Positions 18,295 to 27,041 of a DNA stretch of 32,000 bases are shown one piece after another. The notes beneath the pieces are model-generated. The model was given only the letters and a program-made list of their open reading frames with translations. It made no database searches and had not been told where the DNA came from. Made by a program: the position numbers and the translations under genes. How positions within the stretch are numbered: position 1 is the first letter of the stretch; every line of letters starts with the position of its first letter. Source of the stretch: Clostridiaceae bacterium (GTDB taxonomy: Bacteria; Bacillota; Clostridia; Clostridiales; Clostridiaceae); NCBI GenBank assembly GCA_040217795.1, contig JBEHWK010000010.1, positions 4,260-36,259 of the forward strand. Direction: 5' to 3'.

Positions 18295-19896
18295 GTGGAA
18301 AGTACTACTTTGAATAGGTTTAAAGAAATAATGTCTGTTCTTACACAGTATGGAGTCGGATTCATTATTGAAGGGAAAGCAGAAAATAAAAAGCAACAGG
18401 CTGAAAAACTTAGAGAAGCTTTTGAAAAACTTGGACCTACATTCATGAAGATAGGGCAGATACTGAGCACCAGGCCTGATATTATTTCTGAAGAATATAT
18501 AGAAGAATTTAAAAAGCTGCAAAATGATGCTAATAAATTACCAATTGAGGAAGTCAAGAAGGTATTCAGAGAGGAAATGAAGGAGGACGTTGATAAATAT
18601 TTTATGTATTTTAACGAAAAACCTTTAGCTTCCGCATCAGTCTCACAAGTGCATGAAGCCATACTGAAAAATGGGCAGAAAGTTGTTGTAAAGGTTCAAA
18701 GACCCAATATAGACAGAATGATGGAAGAGGATATGAAAATTCTTTTAAGAATTGCAAGATTTTTAAAAGGAAGGGTAAAGGGAACACTTATTGACCCTCT
18801 TGAGGCATTAAATGAAATAAAAGCTACAACTGAGAAAGAATTGGATTTCACCATAGAAGGAGAAAATCTTAAGCGGTTTAAAGAATGCAATATTAAAGTT
18901 ATACCTCTGAAAGTACCAGATATGGTAAAAGGGTTTTCGACACCGAAGATACTGGTTATGGAGAAAATCGAAGGAATTAAAATCAATGATAAAGAAACTC
19001 TGATAAATAAAGGATATGACATTGATGATATATCTGAAAAGTTAGTAAGTATATACTTTAAACAAGTATTCAAGGATGGATTTTTTCATGGGGATCCCCA
19101 TCCCGGAAATATATTTATATCCGATAAAAAAATATGTTTTATTGATTTTGGAATTATGGGTGAGATTTCTCCTTTTCTTAAGGAATCACTGAATGAAGCT
19201 ATAATTGCACTGGCAAACAGAGATATCAATAAAATCATTGAATTTATTTTATCTACAGGGGTAAAAAGGGGCAGGGTGGATAGGAATGTTCTTTATGGCG
19301 ATGTTGAAAGCTTTCTTGATGCTTATTTAGGTTCTGCATTGAAAAATTTAAAGGTATCTGAGATGCTGCAGGAAATTATAAATATATCAAACAAAAATAA
19401 TATACTGATGCACAAAGATTTGGTACTTCTAGCCAGGAGCATGGTTATTTTTGAAGGGGTAATTACTGAGTTATCACCCAATATAGAAATAATTTCAATG
19501 CTTATAAGTACAATAAGTGACGGGGATAAGTACTTTTTTTTAAAAGATATGACAAAAGAAGATCTGATATTCAGGTTTTTTGATTTTGGTAAAAGTGCTC
19601 TTGCTGTACCAACAAAGTTTATGGAACTTATGGATAGTGTAAAAGTAGGAAGAGTGAAGTTTCATCTTCAGGTTGAAGACCTTGATAAGACTGTTCATTC
19701 ATTAAATAGGATGGTAAACAGGATGGTTTTTGCGCTTATAATTGCTTCAATGATAATAGGGTCATCATTAATCATTTATACAAAGGGGCCCATTCAGGTT
19801 TATGGGATGTCTCTGGTAGGGGTATTAGGCTATTTTATTGCCGCTGTATTTGGAATAGGACTTATAATAAGCATAATAAGATCCGGAACTCTATAA
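18295..19896 (+). CDS. ABC1/UbiB/AarF-family atypical kinase with two C-terminal TM helices
   Basis: KIGQILSTRPDIISEEYIEEFKKLQNDA, ASASVSQVHEA, VVVKVQRPNI, HGDPHPGNIF and IDFGIMG are the family motifs. GTG start lies 9 nt after GGGGGAG. Confidence 0.9.
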   Translation: MESTTLNRFKEIMSVLTQYGVGFIIEGKAENKKQQAEKLREAFEKLGPTFMKIGQILSTRPDIISEEYIEEFKKLQNDANKLPIEEVKKVFREEMKEDVDKYFMYFNEKPLASASVSQVHEAILKNGQKVVVKVQRPNIDRMMEEDMKILLRIARFLKGRVKGTLIDPLEALNEIKATTEKELDFTIEGENLKRFKECNIKVIPLKVPDMVKGFSTPKILVMEKIEGIKINDKETLINKGYDIDDISEKLVSIYFKQVFKDGFFHGDPHPGNIFISDKKICFIDFGIMGEISPFLKESLNEAIIALANRDINKIIEFILSTGVKRGRVDRNVLYGDVESFLDAYLGSALKNLKVSEMLQEIINISNKNNILMHKDLVLLARSMVIFEGVITELSPNIEIISMLISTISDGDKYFFLKDMTKEDLIFRFFDFGKSALAVPTKFMELMDSVKVGRVKFHLQVEDLDKTVHSLNRMVNRMVFALIIASMIIGSSLIIYTKGPIQVYGMSLVGVLGYFIAAVFGIGLIISIIRSGTL

Positions 19897-19990
19897 TTCG
19901 AAATATTGTGTCTATTGCAGGTTGAGAAACGTGTTAATTAAAAAAATGCAAGTTCTAAAAAATATTCTTGCATATGTAACGAAAAAAATA

Positions 19991-20018
19991 TTTACATTAT
20001 CGAAATTTGTGTTAAAAT
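19991..20018 (+). promoter_or_regulatory. Putative extended -10 promoter of ppcA
   Basis: TTTACA (19991-19996), 16-nt spacer that ends in TGt, then TAAAAT (20013-20018). Confidence 0.45.
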
Positions 20019-20059
20019 TGAAACAGCGATATAAATAAAAATTCATTTGGGGGTATATA

Positions 20060-21676
20060 ATGAAGAAAGTTCCTTACTCGATGATGACACAGCATCCAGA
20101 TAATGTTGATACGTATGTGTCCATACAACAAGAACCGCAAGAGGCGATAGATGGATTAAGACCTCAAAAAGATGGAGGTCTTGGAATAGATGAAATTATG
20201 ATTGATTTTGAAGGGAAGTTGACTCCTTATCATCAAACTTCACAGATAGCACTTGGGTTGATAAGCAATGGAGTAATTCCAGGAAAAGATGTGGCTATCA
20301 CACCTAGAATTCCTAATGCCAATAAAGAATCTGTATTCAGACAGCTGATGAGTATAATGTCTATTGTTGAGACAAATGTTTCGGCTTACAAGAGTACTGG
20401 ATATCAGGCAATAAAAGAAGTAGTAGTTCCAATGGTTGAAACCGGGGAAGAAGTATGCCAGTTTCAGGACAGGGTTAATTCAGTAATAGAAATGGGAAAT
20501 AAAAATTACGATGTAAAGTTTGAGGATAACTCTATCAGAATAATTCCTCTTGTTGAAGGAGTACCGTCTCTTGTTGAGATAGATAAAATATTCGATGAAT
20601 ATTATCATAAGGCAGAGGAAAAAGGCACTAAATTTGATTCGTTAAGATTTATGCTTGCACGTTCAGATTCAGCCATGTCTTATGGATTGATTTCCGGAGT
20701 GCTTGCAGTAGTTATGGCTATAGATAAGGCTTATAAGTGGGGAAAGGAACATGGTGTTGAAGTATCTCCTATACTTGGATGCGGATCACTTCCTTTCAGA
20801 GGACATTTTACTGCTGAAAATGTGGATAGCATGATTAAGACTTATGGAGGGGTTAAAACTTTTACTCTTCAATCTGCTTTAAGATATGATCATGGTGCTG
20901 AAAAAACTAAAGAGGCAGTAAATAAATTAAATGCTGCTATAGAAAATTCAGTTCCTAGAAATTTCAGTGAAAAAGACATTGAATTAATGAAAGAATACAT
21001 AGGAATATTCTCAAAACATTATTTGACAACTTTTTTAAAAATAATAAACACGGTAAACTTTGTATCTGATTTTATTCCTAAGAACAGAGACAGATTGACT
21101 AAAACAAAGACCGGACTTGAATATGCAAGGGAACTTCCTGAGGTGGATAAGATTGCAGGATGGTTAAAGGATGAGAAATTGAAGGAAGAGCTTCTTTCCA
21201 TAGACCTTAGCGTGGAGTTCTCAGTTCCTAGAGCTATATCATTTACTGGGGCGATGTACACGTTAGGTATGCCTCCTGAATTTGTAGGGATGGGAAGAGG
21301 ACTTAAGGAAATAAAGGAAAAGTACGGTCAGGAAGGAATAGATAAGCTTAAGGAATTCTATCCTCAAATCAGAAAAGACTTTAGATTTGCAGCACTTTTC
21401 GCAAATGCAAAGGTTCCGAAGAGAGTCATAGATGAATCTGCAAGACTGGAATATGAGGAAGATTTGAAATTTGCAAATGAGATTCTAGATCTTGGAGTTG
21501 ATTTTGAATACTTGAATGATAATGAATTCTATCATACACTTTTAAAAACAACTAAGCCTATAGTTATGCATCTTATAGGTCTTGAAGAAGATGTTCTTTC
21601 AAGTAAGACTGAAGAACTTAAGATTCTGAACGAGTGGATTGTCAGAATGGGAAGAGCAAGAGGAAGCATAGGATAG
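20060..21676 (+). CDS. ppcA: Archaeal-type phosphoenolpyruvate carboxylase (PepcA)
   Basis: 538 aa, against ~900 aa for bacterial Ppc. The N-terminus [15 protein letters not shown] matches the M..PR.MSTQHPDN start of archaeal-type PEPC as I recall it from Methanothermobacter and Clostridium perfringens. Confidence 0.85.
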   Translation: MKKVPYSMMTQHPDNVDTYVSIQQEPQEAIDGLRPQKDGGLGIDEIMIDFEGKLTPYHQTSQIALGLISNGVIPGKDVAITPRIPNANKESVFRQLMSIMSIVETNVSAYKSTGYQAIKEVVVPMVETGEEVCQFQDRVNSVIEMGNKNYDVKFEDNSIRIIPLVEGVPSLVEIDKIFDEYYHKAEEKGTKFDSLRFMLARSDSAMSYGLISGVLAVVMAIDKAYKWGKEHGVEVSPILGCGSLPFRGHFTAENVDSMIKTYGGVKTFTLQSALRYDHGAEKTKEAVNKLNAAIENSVPRNFSEKDIELMKEYIGIFSKHYLTTFLKIINTVNFVSDFIPKNRDRLTKTKTGLEYARELPEVDKIAGWLKDEKLKEELLSIDLSVEFSVPRAISFTGAMYTLGMPPEFVGMGRGLKEIKEKYGQEGIDKLKEFYPQIRKDFRFAALFANAKVPKRVIDESARLEYEEDLKFANEILDLGVDFEYLNDNEFYHTLLKTTKPIVMHLIGLEEDVLSSKTEELKILNEWIVRMGRARGSIG

Positions 21677-21685
21677 AAAAATTTA

Positions 21686-21718
21686 AAGCCCCTGATCAAT
21701 AAATGATCGGGGGTTTTG
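21686..21718. terminator. Bidirectional terminator
   Basis: CCCCTGATC (21689-21697) pairs with GATCGGGGG (21705-21713) with one G-U pair. TTTT follows it and AAAG precedes it. Confidence 0.75.
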
Positions 21719-21729
21719 CAATCCTTTGT

Positions 21730-22227
21730 TTAATCGGAATCAGCATCATCCCTGGATGGAATATTAACATATTTGTTGATAAATATAGCAATAATAATAC
21801 CAGCAGCAGTTTCGATTATCCTATTGACAGCATATAAGTATGTAGAGTTACCCTTTAAGTTTGTCATTATGGCTAAAAAAACTACACAACTTATGGCGAC
21901 GGATGCAGGTTTTCTGATTAGTACACCAGTATATATTACTACTATTATTCCCAAACTGATCAGAAAAGGCTGGGGAATTGGAGAAATGGGATTCAGAAAG
22001 ATAAAAATAATACCGTATATACCTCCTGTCAGAGTTCCGATTAATCTGTTTTTACCAGCTTTCATGGAATTTTCCACAGAGTCACCCATGCAGATTACAG
22101 CAGCAATACAAGCATAGAAGGGAGACTCTGTCCATCCCGAAAGTTGAAAAATCAAGATGCAGGCTAATACAGACAATGCTGTTTTAATATTTCTCAGACC
22201 AACCTTAGGAAATTTTTTTGAGTTCAT
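21730..22227 (-). CDS. Short FUSC/aromatic-acid-exporter (ArAE_1)-like membrane protein
   Basis: 165 aa with 4-5 TM helices. GLRNIKTALSVLACILI..., KNRLIGTLTGGIYG and NRIIETAAGIIIAIFIN are typical of the N-terminal FUSC-like domain. Confidence 0.65.
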   Translation of the reverse strand: MNSKKFPKVGLRNIKTALSVLACILIFQLSGWTESPFYACIAAVICMGDSVENSMKAGKNRLIGTLTGGIYGIIFIFLNPISPIPQPFLISLGIIVVIYTGVLIRKPASVAISCVVFLAIMTNLKGNSTYLYAVNRIIETAAGIIIAIFINKYVNIPSRDDADSD

Positions 22228-22368
22228 AGAACACCCCCATAAAAGTTAATTATAAGTATAATATAACATTTTAAATATTAACAAAACAAATTTTCGCAAA
22301 CTATATAACGCAGCGGAGGAAATAGGTTCAAACATAAGCAGGGGCTTATTTTTCATAGAATGGTGATA

Positions 22369-22397
22369 TTGACAGCAGTCTGAAATTGGAATAATAT
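22369..22397 (+). promoter_or_regulatory. Sigma-A promoter of the metG leader
   Basis: TTGACA (22369-22374), 17-nt spacer, TAATAT (22392-22397). Confidence 0.6.
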
Positions 22398-22403
22398 AAT
22401 ACA

Positions 22404-22718
22404 TGTAACCCTAAAATAACCATGGGTTTTTGAGGGGATTCTATGAAAGAAATGTAAGGAAAAGAAGAGTAGTAAGGCGGAAACTCATGAAAGAGAGCCG
22501 GAGAAGGTGAAAACCGGTGTGCGGATGCTTTATGAAGATGGTCTTGGAACAGATCTCTTGAGCTGCAAGGTTAGGGAGATACGGTAGCAACCGTTATATT
22601 GCAGGGTAATCCTTTGGATTACTTATTAAGGTGCTGTATGGTGACGACAGCATAAAACAGAGTGGTAACACGTATAATGCGTCTCTGCATGGGGTAAACC
22701 TATGTAGGGGCTTTTTTT
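22404..22718 (+). promoter_or_regulatory. T-box leader (tRNA-Met sensing) with terminator
   Basis: Stem I elements GAAAGAGAGCCGG and AGGTGAAAACCGG are present. Candidate AUG specifiers lie at 22532-22534 and 22538-22540. The T-box is AAACAGAGTGGTAACACG (~22655-22672). The terminator pairs CTCTGCAT (22683-22690) with ATGTAGGGG (22702-22710) and has a T-run at 22712-22718. Confidence 0.85.
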
Positions 22719-22739
22719 CATAAAGGGAGGAATTTAATC

Positions 22740-24677
22740 ATGTGTAAAAATAAAACCTACTATATTACAACGCCCATATATTATCCATCGGCAAACCTTC
22801 ACATAGGAAACACATATACAACAGTTGCTGCCGATGCATTGGCAAGATTCAAAAGAGCAACAGGGTATGATGTAATGTTCCTGACCGGGACTGATGAACA
22901 TGGCCAAAAAATTCAAAGAATTGCGGAAGAAAAAGGTGTGACTCCTATACAATATGTTGATGAAATTGTGGCGGGAATTAAATCTCTTTGGGAAATGATG
23001 AATATAAGTTATGACAAATTCATAAGAACCACAGAAGATTATCACATAAAGGCAGTTCAGGATATATTCAAGAAGCTTTACGATCAGGGAGACATATATA
23101 AATCTTCATATGAAGGATGGTACTGCACTCCATGTGAATCTTTCTGGACTGAGACACAGCTCGTTGACGGAAAATGTCCTGATTGCGGAAGAGCGGTAGA
23201 AAAGGCAAAGGAAGAGGCATATTTCTTTAAAATGAGTAAATATGCAGACAGATTGATTAAACATATAGAGGATAATCCGCATTTTATTCAGCCGGAATCA
23301 AGAAAGAATGAGATGGTAAATAACTTCTTAAAACCGGGATTGCAGGATCTTTGCGTTTCAAGAACAAGTTTCAACTGGGGAATCCCTGTAACATTTGATG
23401 AAGGTCATGTGGTTTATGTGTGGATTGATGCCCTTTCAAACTATATAACTGCTCTGGGATATGGAGGAGAAGACGATACGCTGTATAAAAAGTACTGGCC
23501 GGCAGATGTTCATCTTATCGGGAAAGATATATTGAGGTTCCATACAATTTACTGGCCTATCATGCTTATGGCTTTAGGAGAACCATTACCTAAACAGGTA
23601 TTTGGACACGGATGGCTTCTTGTGGATGGAGGCAAAATGTCAAAGTCTAAAGGAAATGTAGTGGACCCTGTAGTTTTGGTGAAGGAATTCGGCGTTGATG
23701 CAGTGAGATATTACTTGTTGAGGGAAATACCTTTTGGAGCAGATGGATTATTTAATAATGAAATATTCATTAAAAAGATAAATTCTGATTTATGCAATGA
23801 TTTAGGGAACTTGCTTTCCAGAACAGTAGCTATGATTGAAAAGTACTTTGGAGGAATTATACCTGCACCATTATCAAAAGAAGATATTGATGATGAACTT
23901 ATTGATATTGCACTGGAAACTCCTAAGAAGGTTGAAGAAGCCATAGATAACCTTAAAATACCTGAAGCTCTTGAAGAGATTTGGAATCTTGTAGGAAGAG
24001 CAAACAAATACATTGATGAAACGACTCCTTGGATATTGGCAAAAGATGAAGATAAAAAAGACAGATTAGGAACAGTGTTATATAATCTTGCTGAAAGTTT
24101 AAGATTTATTTCAGTATTAATACTTCCATTTTTACCGGATACTTCAAAGAAAATGAGTGAACAAATCAATACTGAAGTAAATTCATGGAATTCTTTGGCT
24201 GCTTTTGACGGAACTGCTGCTGGAACAAGTGTAGTTAAAGGAAACAACCTATTCCCGAGAATTGATGTGGAAGCAAAACTTAAAGAACTGGAAGCTCTTA
24301 AGGAATCAACTGCAAAAGTGAGCAAAAAGGCAGATATTAAGCCGATTAAAGAAGAGATAACTATTGAAGACTTTGACAAAATAGACTTAAGGGTAGTAAA
24401 AGTTTTAGAAGCTGAGGCTGTAAAAGGAGCTAAGAAGCTGTTAAAGCTTAAAGTTGATTTGGGTGGAGAGGAAAGACAGGTAATTTCGGGAATAGCTAAG
24501 TATTATAAACCTGAAGAATTAGTAGGAAAGAACGTAGTGCTTGTTGCAAACCTTAAGCCTGTAAAATTAAGGGGAGAATTATCTCAAGGAATGATTTTAG
24601 CAGCGTCAACAGATGATGATTCTCAGTTGTTTGTAGTAAGTCCAGGAGAATTGCCTACTGGAAGCGAAGTAAGATAA
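22740..24677 (+). CDS. metG: Methionine--tRNA ligase with C-terminal tRNA-binding (Trbp111/EMAPII-like) domain
   Basis: HIGH-type motif LHIGNTYT, KMSKS motif (KMSKSKGN) and zinc knuckle CTPC...CPDC. The C-terminal domain reads DLRVVKVLEAEAVKGAKKLLKLKVDLGGE... Confidence 0.97.
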   Translation: MCKNKTYYITTPIYYPSANLHIGNTYTTVAADALARFKRATGYDVMFLTGTDEHGQKIQRIAEEKGVTPIQYVDEIVAGIKSLWEMMNISYDKFIRTTEDYHIKAVQDIFKKLYDQGDIYKSSYEGWYCTPCESFWTETQLVDGKCPDCGRAVEKAKEEAYFFKMSKYADRLIKHIEDNPHFIQPESRKNEMVNNFLKPGLQDLCVSRTSFNWGIPVTFDEGHVVYVWIDALSNYITALGYGGEDDTLYKKYWPADVHLIGKDILRFHTIYWPIMLMALGEPLPKQVFGHGWLLVDGGKMSKSKGNVVDPVVLVKEFGVDAVRYYLLREIPFGADGLFNNEIFIKKINSDLCNDLGNLLSRTVAMIEKYFGGIIPAPLSKEDIDDELIDIALETPKKVEEAIDNLKIPEALEEIWNLVGRANKYIDETTPWILAKDEDKKDRLGTVLYNLAESLRFISVLILPFLPDTSKKMSEQINTEVNSWNSLAAFDGTAAGTSVVKGNNLFPRIDVEAKLKELEALKESTAKVSKKADIKPIKEEITIEDFDKIDLRVVKVLEAEAVKGAKKLLKLKVDLGGEERQVISGIAKYYKPEELVGKNVVLVANLKPVKLRGELSQGMILAASTDDDSQLFVVSPGELPTGSEVR

Positions 24678-24717
24678 CCAGGTTTATGGTATAATATTTG
24701 TTTAATAAATGTAAATT

Positions 24718-24772
24718 AAAGACTCTTGAAGATCTGATCAAAAGGAAAAAGATTGCTTCAGGAGTCTTTTTG
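24718..24772 (+). terminator. metG terminator (long-loop hairpin)
   Basis: AAAGACTCTTGAAG (24718-24731) pairs with CTTCAGGAGTCTTT (24756-24769) with one G-U pair. TT follows. Confidence 0.65.
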
Positions 24773-24829
24773 TCGCAATCTGTCAAACTGTAATTTTTCA
24801 TGCTGAATTCAATACAGATAAATTGGAAG

Positions 24830-24858
24830 TTGAATTTATCTGCGTGTAAAATTATAAT
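24830..24858 (+). promoter_or_regulatory. Sigma-A promoter of tatD
   Basis: TTGAAT (24830-24835), 17-nt spacer, TATAAT (24853-24858). Confidence 0.65.
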
Positions 24859-24909
24859 GTACTTTAAAGGAAGATCAACAAACTTGATTTACAATATGAG
24901 GTGAAAAAT

Positions 24910-25686
24910 TTGAGCAACAAATATAATATTATAGATTCTCATGCACACTATGATGATGGGGCTTTTGATGAAGACAGAGATGAAATTATAAGACAAATTA
25001 ATAAAGAGGGAGTAACTGCAGTTTTAAATTGCGGTTCATCTTTAAAAGGGATGAGAAGATCTTATGATTTGGCTGAAAATTATGATTTTTTCTACTGTGC
25101 ACTAGGAATACACCCGGAAAATGCAGATGAGTTTTCTGAGGAAGTGGCTCAGGAAATAAGAGAAAAGAGCAAGCACAAAAAAGTTAAGGCTATAGGAGAA
25201 ATAGGATTGGATTATTATTGGGATGAAAATCCATCCAAGGAAATACAGAAAGATGCATTCAGAAGACAAATGGAACTGGCGCAGGAACTTAACCTTCCTG
25301 TAGTTATTCATGACCGGGATGCTCATCAGGATACCCTTGATATATTAAAAGAATTTCCTGAAGTTAAAGGAGTTCTTCATTGTTTTTCAGGCAGCCCAGA
25401 GTTTGCTAAGGAATGTATAAAGCTGGGATATTATTTAGGTTTTACAGGAGTAGTTACTTTCAAGAATGCGAAAAAAGCAGTGGAAGCAGCTAAGAGTATA
25501 CCAATTGACAGAATATTAGTTGAAACAGATTGTCCATATATGTCTCCTGAGCCATTCAGGGGCAAAAGAAACAACTCTTCTTATATTGAGTATATTATAG
25601 AAAAACTGGCTGAGATAAAGGAGATTGAGCCTGAAGCAGCAAATAAAATATTCAATGATAACATTAAAAGGTTGCTAAAACTGTAA
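24910..25686 (+). CDS. tatD: TatD-family metal-dependent DNase/hydrolase (YabD)
   Basis: Family motifs DSHAHYD, GIHPE, GEIGLDYYW, VIHDRDAH, LHCFSG and ETDCPYM. TTG 24910 lies about 5 nt after GAGGTGA; the track's GTG 24901 falls inside that RBS. The position after metG is conserved. Confidence 0.9.
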   Translation: MSNKYNIIDSHAHYDDGAFDEDRDEIIRQINKEGVTAVLNCGSSLKGMRRSYDLAENYDFFYCALGIHPENADEFSEEVAQEIREKSKHKKVKAIGEIGLDYYWDENPSKEIQKDAFRRQMELAQELNLPVVIHDRDAHQDTLDILKEFPEVKGVLHCFSGSPEFAKECIKLGYYLGFTGVVTFKNAKKAVEAAKSIPIDRILVETDCPYMSPEPFRGKRNNSSYIEYIIEKLAEIKEIEPEAANKIFNDNIKRLLKL

Positions 25687-25885
25687 AAATAAGGTAGAAT
25701 ATATTTCAAAGTTCTATTTTGTTAGTGAAGTAACTGAAGAATAACAAAGGAAAAGCGTTTTGCAAAAAAATCGAATCCCCCGGCAAAGTAGCTGGTATGT
25801 GTAATTAAGGTATTATCTTATAGTTTTATTTTTTGTAGAAAACTTACATTTTACAGTTACAACAGAAACGCAAGAAGTGTTAAAT

Positions 25886-25914
25886 TTGACAAGCATTAAG
25901 AATTGGGTTATAAT
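25886..25914 (+). promoter_or_regulatory. Consensus sigma-A promoter of yabE
   Basis: TTGACA (25886-25891), 17-nt spacer, TATAAT (25909-25914). Confidence 0.75.
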
Positions 25915-25948
25915 GCAAGGGACACTCTTGCCAAAGGAGGGGAAATAT

Positions 25949-26977
25949 TTGGTAGAAAAATTCAAAGAGATTGCTAAGAGAGTTTTTTCTAATGGTCCTA
26001 AGGCAAAAATCGTGTTGTTTTTAATAGTAGCATCAATGTTAATACTGACAATTTGCAACATGAAAAAGACAGTGATTGTTCGTATAAACGGCGAAGAACA
26101 AAGAATAGTGACATACGCAGGGACTGTTAAAGGGGCATTACAAGACAGCAGCTTAACGTTAGATACTAAAGACAAAGTAGAACCAGCAATGGGAACAAGG
26201 CTTTCTGATAATGAAATAATAACCGTAAAGAGAGCTGTTTCAGTTGAGGTTTCTGTAGATGGACAGGATCTAAAAATTAAGTCAGCTGAGAGTAATGTTA
26301 ACGACATGTTAGCAGCAGAAAACATAACGCTTGGAGATGAAGACAAGCTAAGTGTTGATGCTGAGACCCCGATAGCAGAAGGGTTAAAGTTTAAAATAAT
26401 AAGAGTTCAAACAAAAGATGTAGTTGAAACTAAACAATTAGACTTTGATACCATTGTTAAAGATGACGACAATATGGATAAAGGTTTTACTAAGGTTGTT
26501 CAGGAAGGAACTGCAGGAGAAAAAGAAGTTACTGTAAGAGTAAGTTATGAAGATGGTGTGGAAGTTGGAAGGAAAGTAGTAAGTGAAAAAGTTACTAAAG
26601 AGCCTACCAGCAAAATAGTATCTGAGGGTACTAGAAAATTCATCGCGCTTTCCAGAGGTGGAGATTCAAAACTTTATTACAAGAATGTAATTTCTGTTGC
26701 AGCCTCTGCATATATTGCAACTGGCAATTTAACTACAACTGGAACTGTCCCAAAAAGAAATCCATCAGGTATCAGTACAATAGCTGTGGATCCGAGAATA
26801 ATTCCTTTAGGTACAAAAGTATATGTAGAGGGATACGGATTTGCTGTTGCTGAAGATACTGGCGGATTGATAAAGAACTATAAAGTTGATTTATTTATGA
26901 GTTCTAATCAAGAGTGTTATAATTGGGGAATAAGAACAGTAAAGCTATATATTGTCGCATATCCAGGACAGTGGTAA
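25949..26977 (+). CDS. yabE: YabE-like cell-wall protein (signal anchor, 2x DUF348, G5, C-terminal 3D/RlpA-like domain)
   Basis: TTG 25949 lies 8 nt after AAGGAGG and downstream of the promoter. The TM anchor is KIVLFLIVASMLILTI. The G5 segment is VVQEGTAGEKEVTVRVSYEDGVEV and the 3D segment is IAVDPRIIPLGTKVYVEGYGFAVAEDTGGLIK. Synteny with tatD and rnmV matches Bacillus. Confidence 0.85.
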   Translation: MVEKFKEIAKRVFSNGPKAKIVLFLIVASMLILTICNMKKTVIVRINGEEQRIVTYAGTVKGALQDSSLTLDTKDKVEPAMGTRLSDNEIITVKRAVSVEVSVDGQDLKIKSAESNVNDMLAAENITLGDEDKLSVDAETPIAEGLKFKIIRVQTKDVVETKQLDFDTIVKDDDNMDKGFTKVVQEGTAGEKEVTVRVSYEDGVEVGRKVVSEKVTKEPTSKIVSEGTRKFIALSRGGDSKLYYKNVISVAASAYIATGNLTTTGTVPKRNPSGISTIAVDPRIIPLGTKVYVEGYGFAVAEDTGGLIKNYKVDLFMSSNQECYNWGIRTVKLYIVAYPGQW

Positions 26978-26981
26978 AATG

Positions 26982-27013
26982 AGAAGGTGACTCAGCAGTG
27001 AGTCATCTTTTTC
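26982..27013 (+). terminator. yabE terminator
   Basis: TGACTCA (26988-26994), GCAG loop, TGAGTCA (26999-27005). The stem is extendable and is followed by TCTTTTT. Confidence 0.7.
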
Positions 27014-27041
27014 AATTTTTAGTGAAGGGAGAAATAACCTG

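Noticed and set aside
18291-18662. 123-aa and 86-aa minus-strand ORFs overlapping the UbiB-like gene start. Similar antisense ORFs occur at 11473-11892, 12656-12994, 14454-14843, 15961-16281, 21773-22117, 27614-27916 and 31378-31749.
   Set aside because: All lie inside well-supported genes on the opposite strand. They lack RBSs and have shadow-frame composition.
22334-22354. Mini hairpin ATAAGC-aggg-GCTTAT plus a T-run upstream of the metG promoter
   Set aside because: The stem is only 6 bp and AT-rich, and there is no upstream + strand gene or clear promoter to give it a role.
23711-24379. 222-aa ORF antisense to metG
   Set aside because: This is a shadow ORF inside a highly conserved synthetase gene. 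Its Ser/Leu-rich composition is typical of antisense frames in AT-rich genes, and it has no RBS.
24800-24904. 34-codon ORF in the metG-tatD spacer (MLNSIQINWKLNLSACKII...)
   Set aside because: It has no RBS. It spans the tatD promoter and inverted repeat and ends inside the tatD RBS, so it is most likely non-coding.
25700-25885. Possible c-di-AMP (ydaO) riboswitch or tRNA gene upstream of yabE
   Set aside because: Only a ~13-nt fragment is similar. Complementary strands, the GGGGA/ACCC cores and an acceptor stem are all missing. The consensus yabE promoter also lies downstream of the fragment. It is kept only as a low-interest relic observation.
25813-26346. 177-aa ORF antisense to the yabE 5' region; considered because B. 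subtilis yabE is controlled by a cis-antisense RNA
   Set aside because: As a protein it looks like a shadow frame (S/T/L-rich, no RBS). I searched by eye for an ECF-type antisense promoter (GACG, 16-17 nt, GTTTCA on the + strand). I found only a lone GTTTCA near 26236 with no -10 partner, so no antisense RNA can be claimed.
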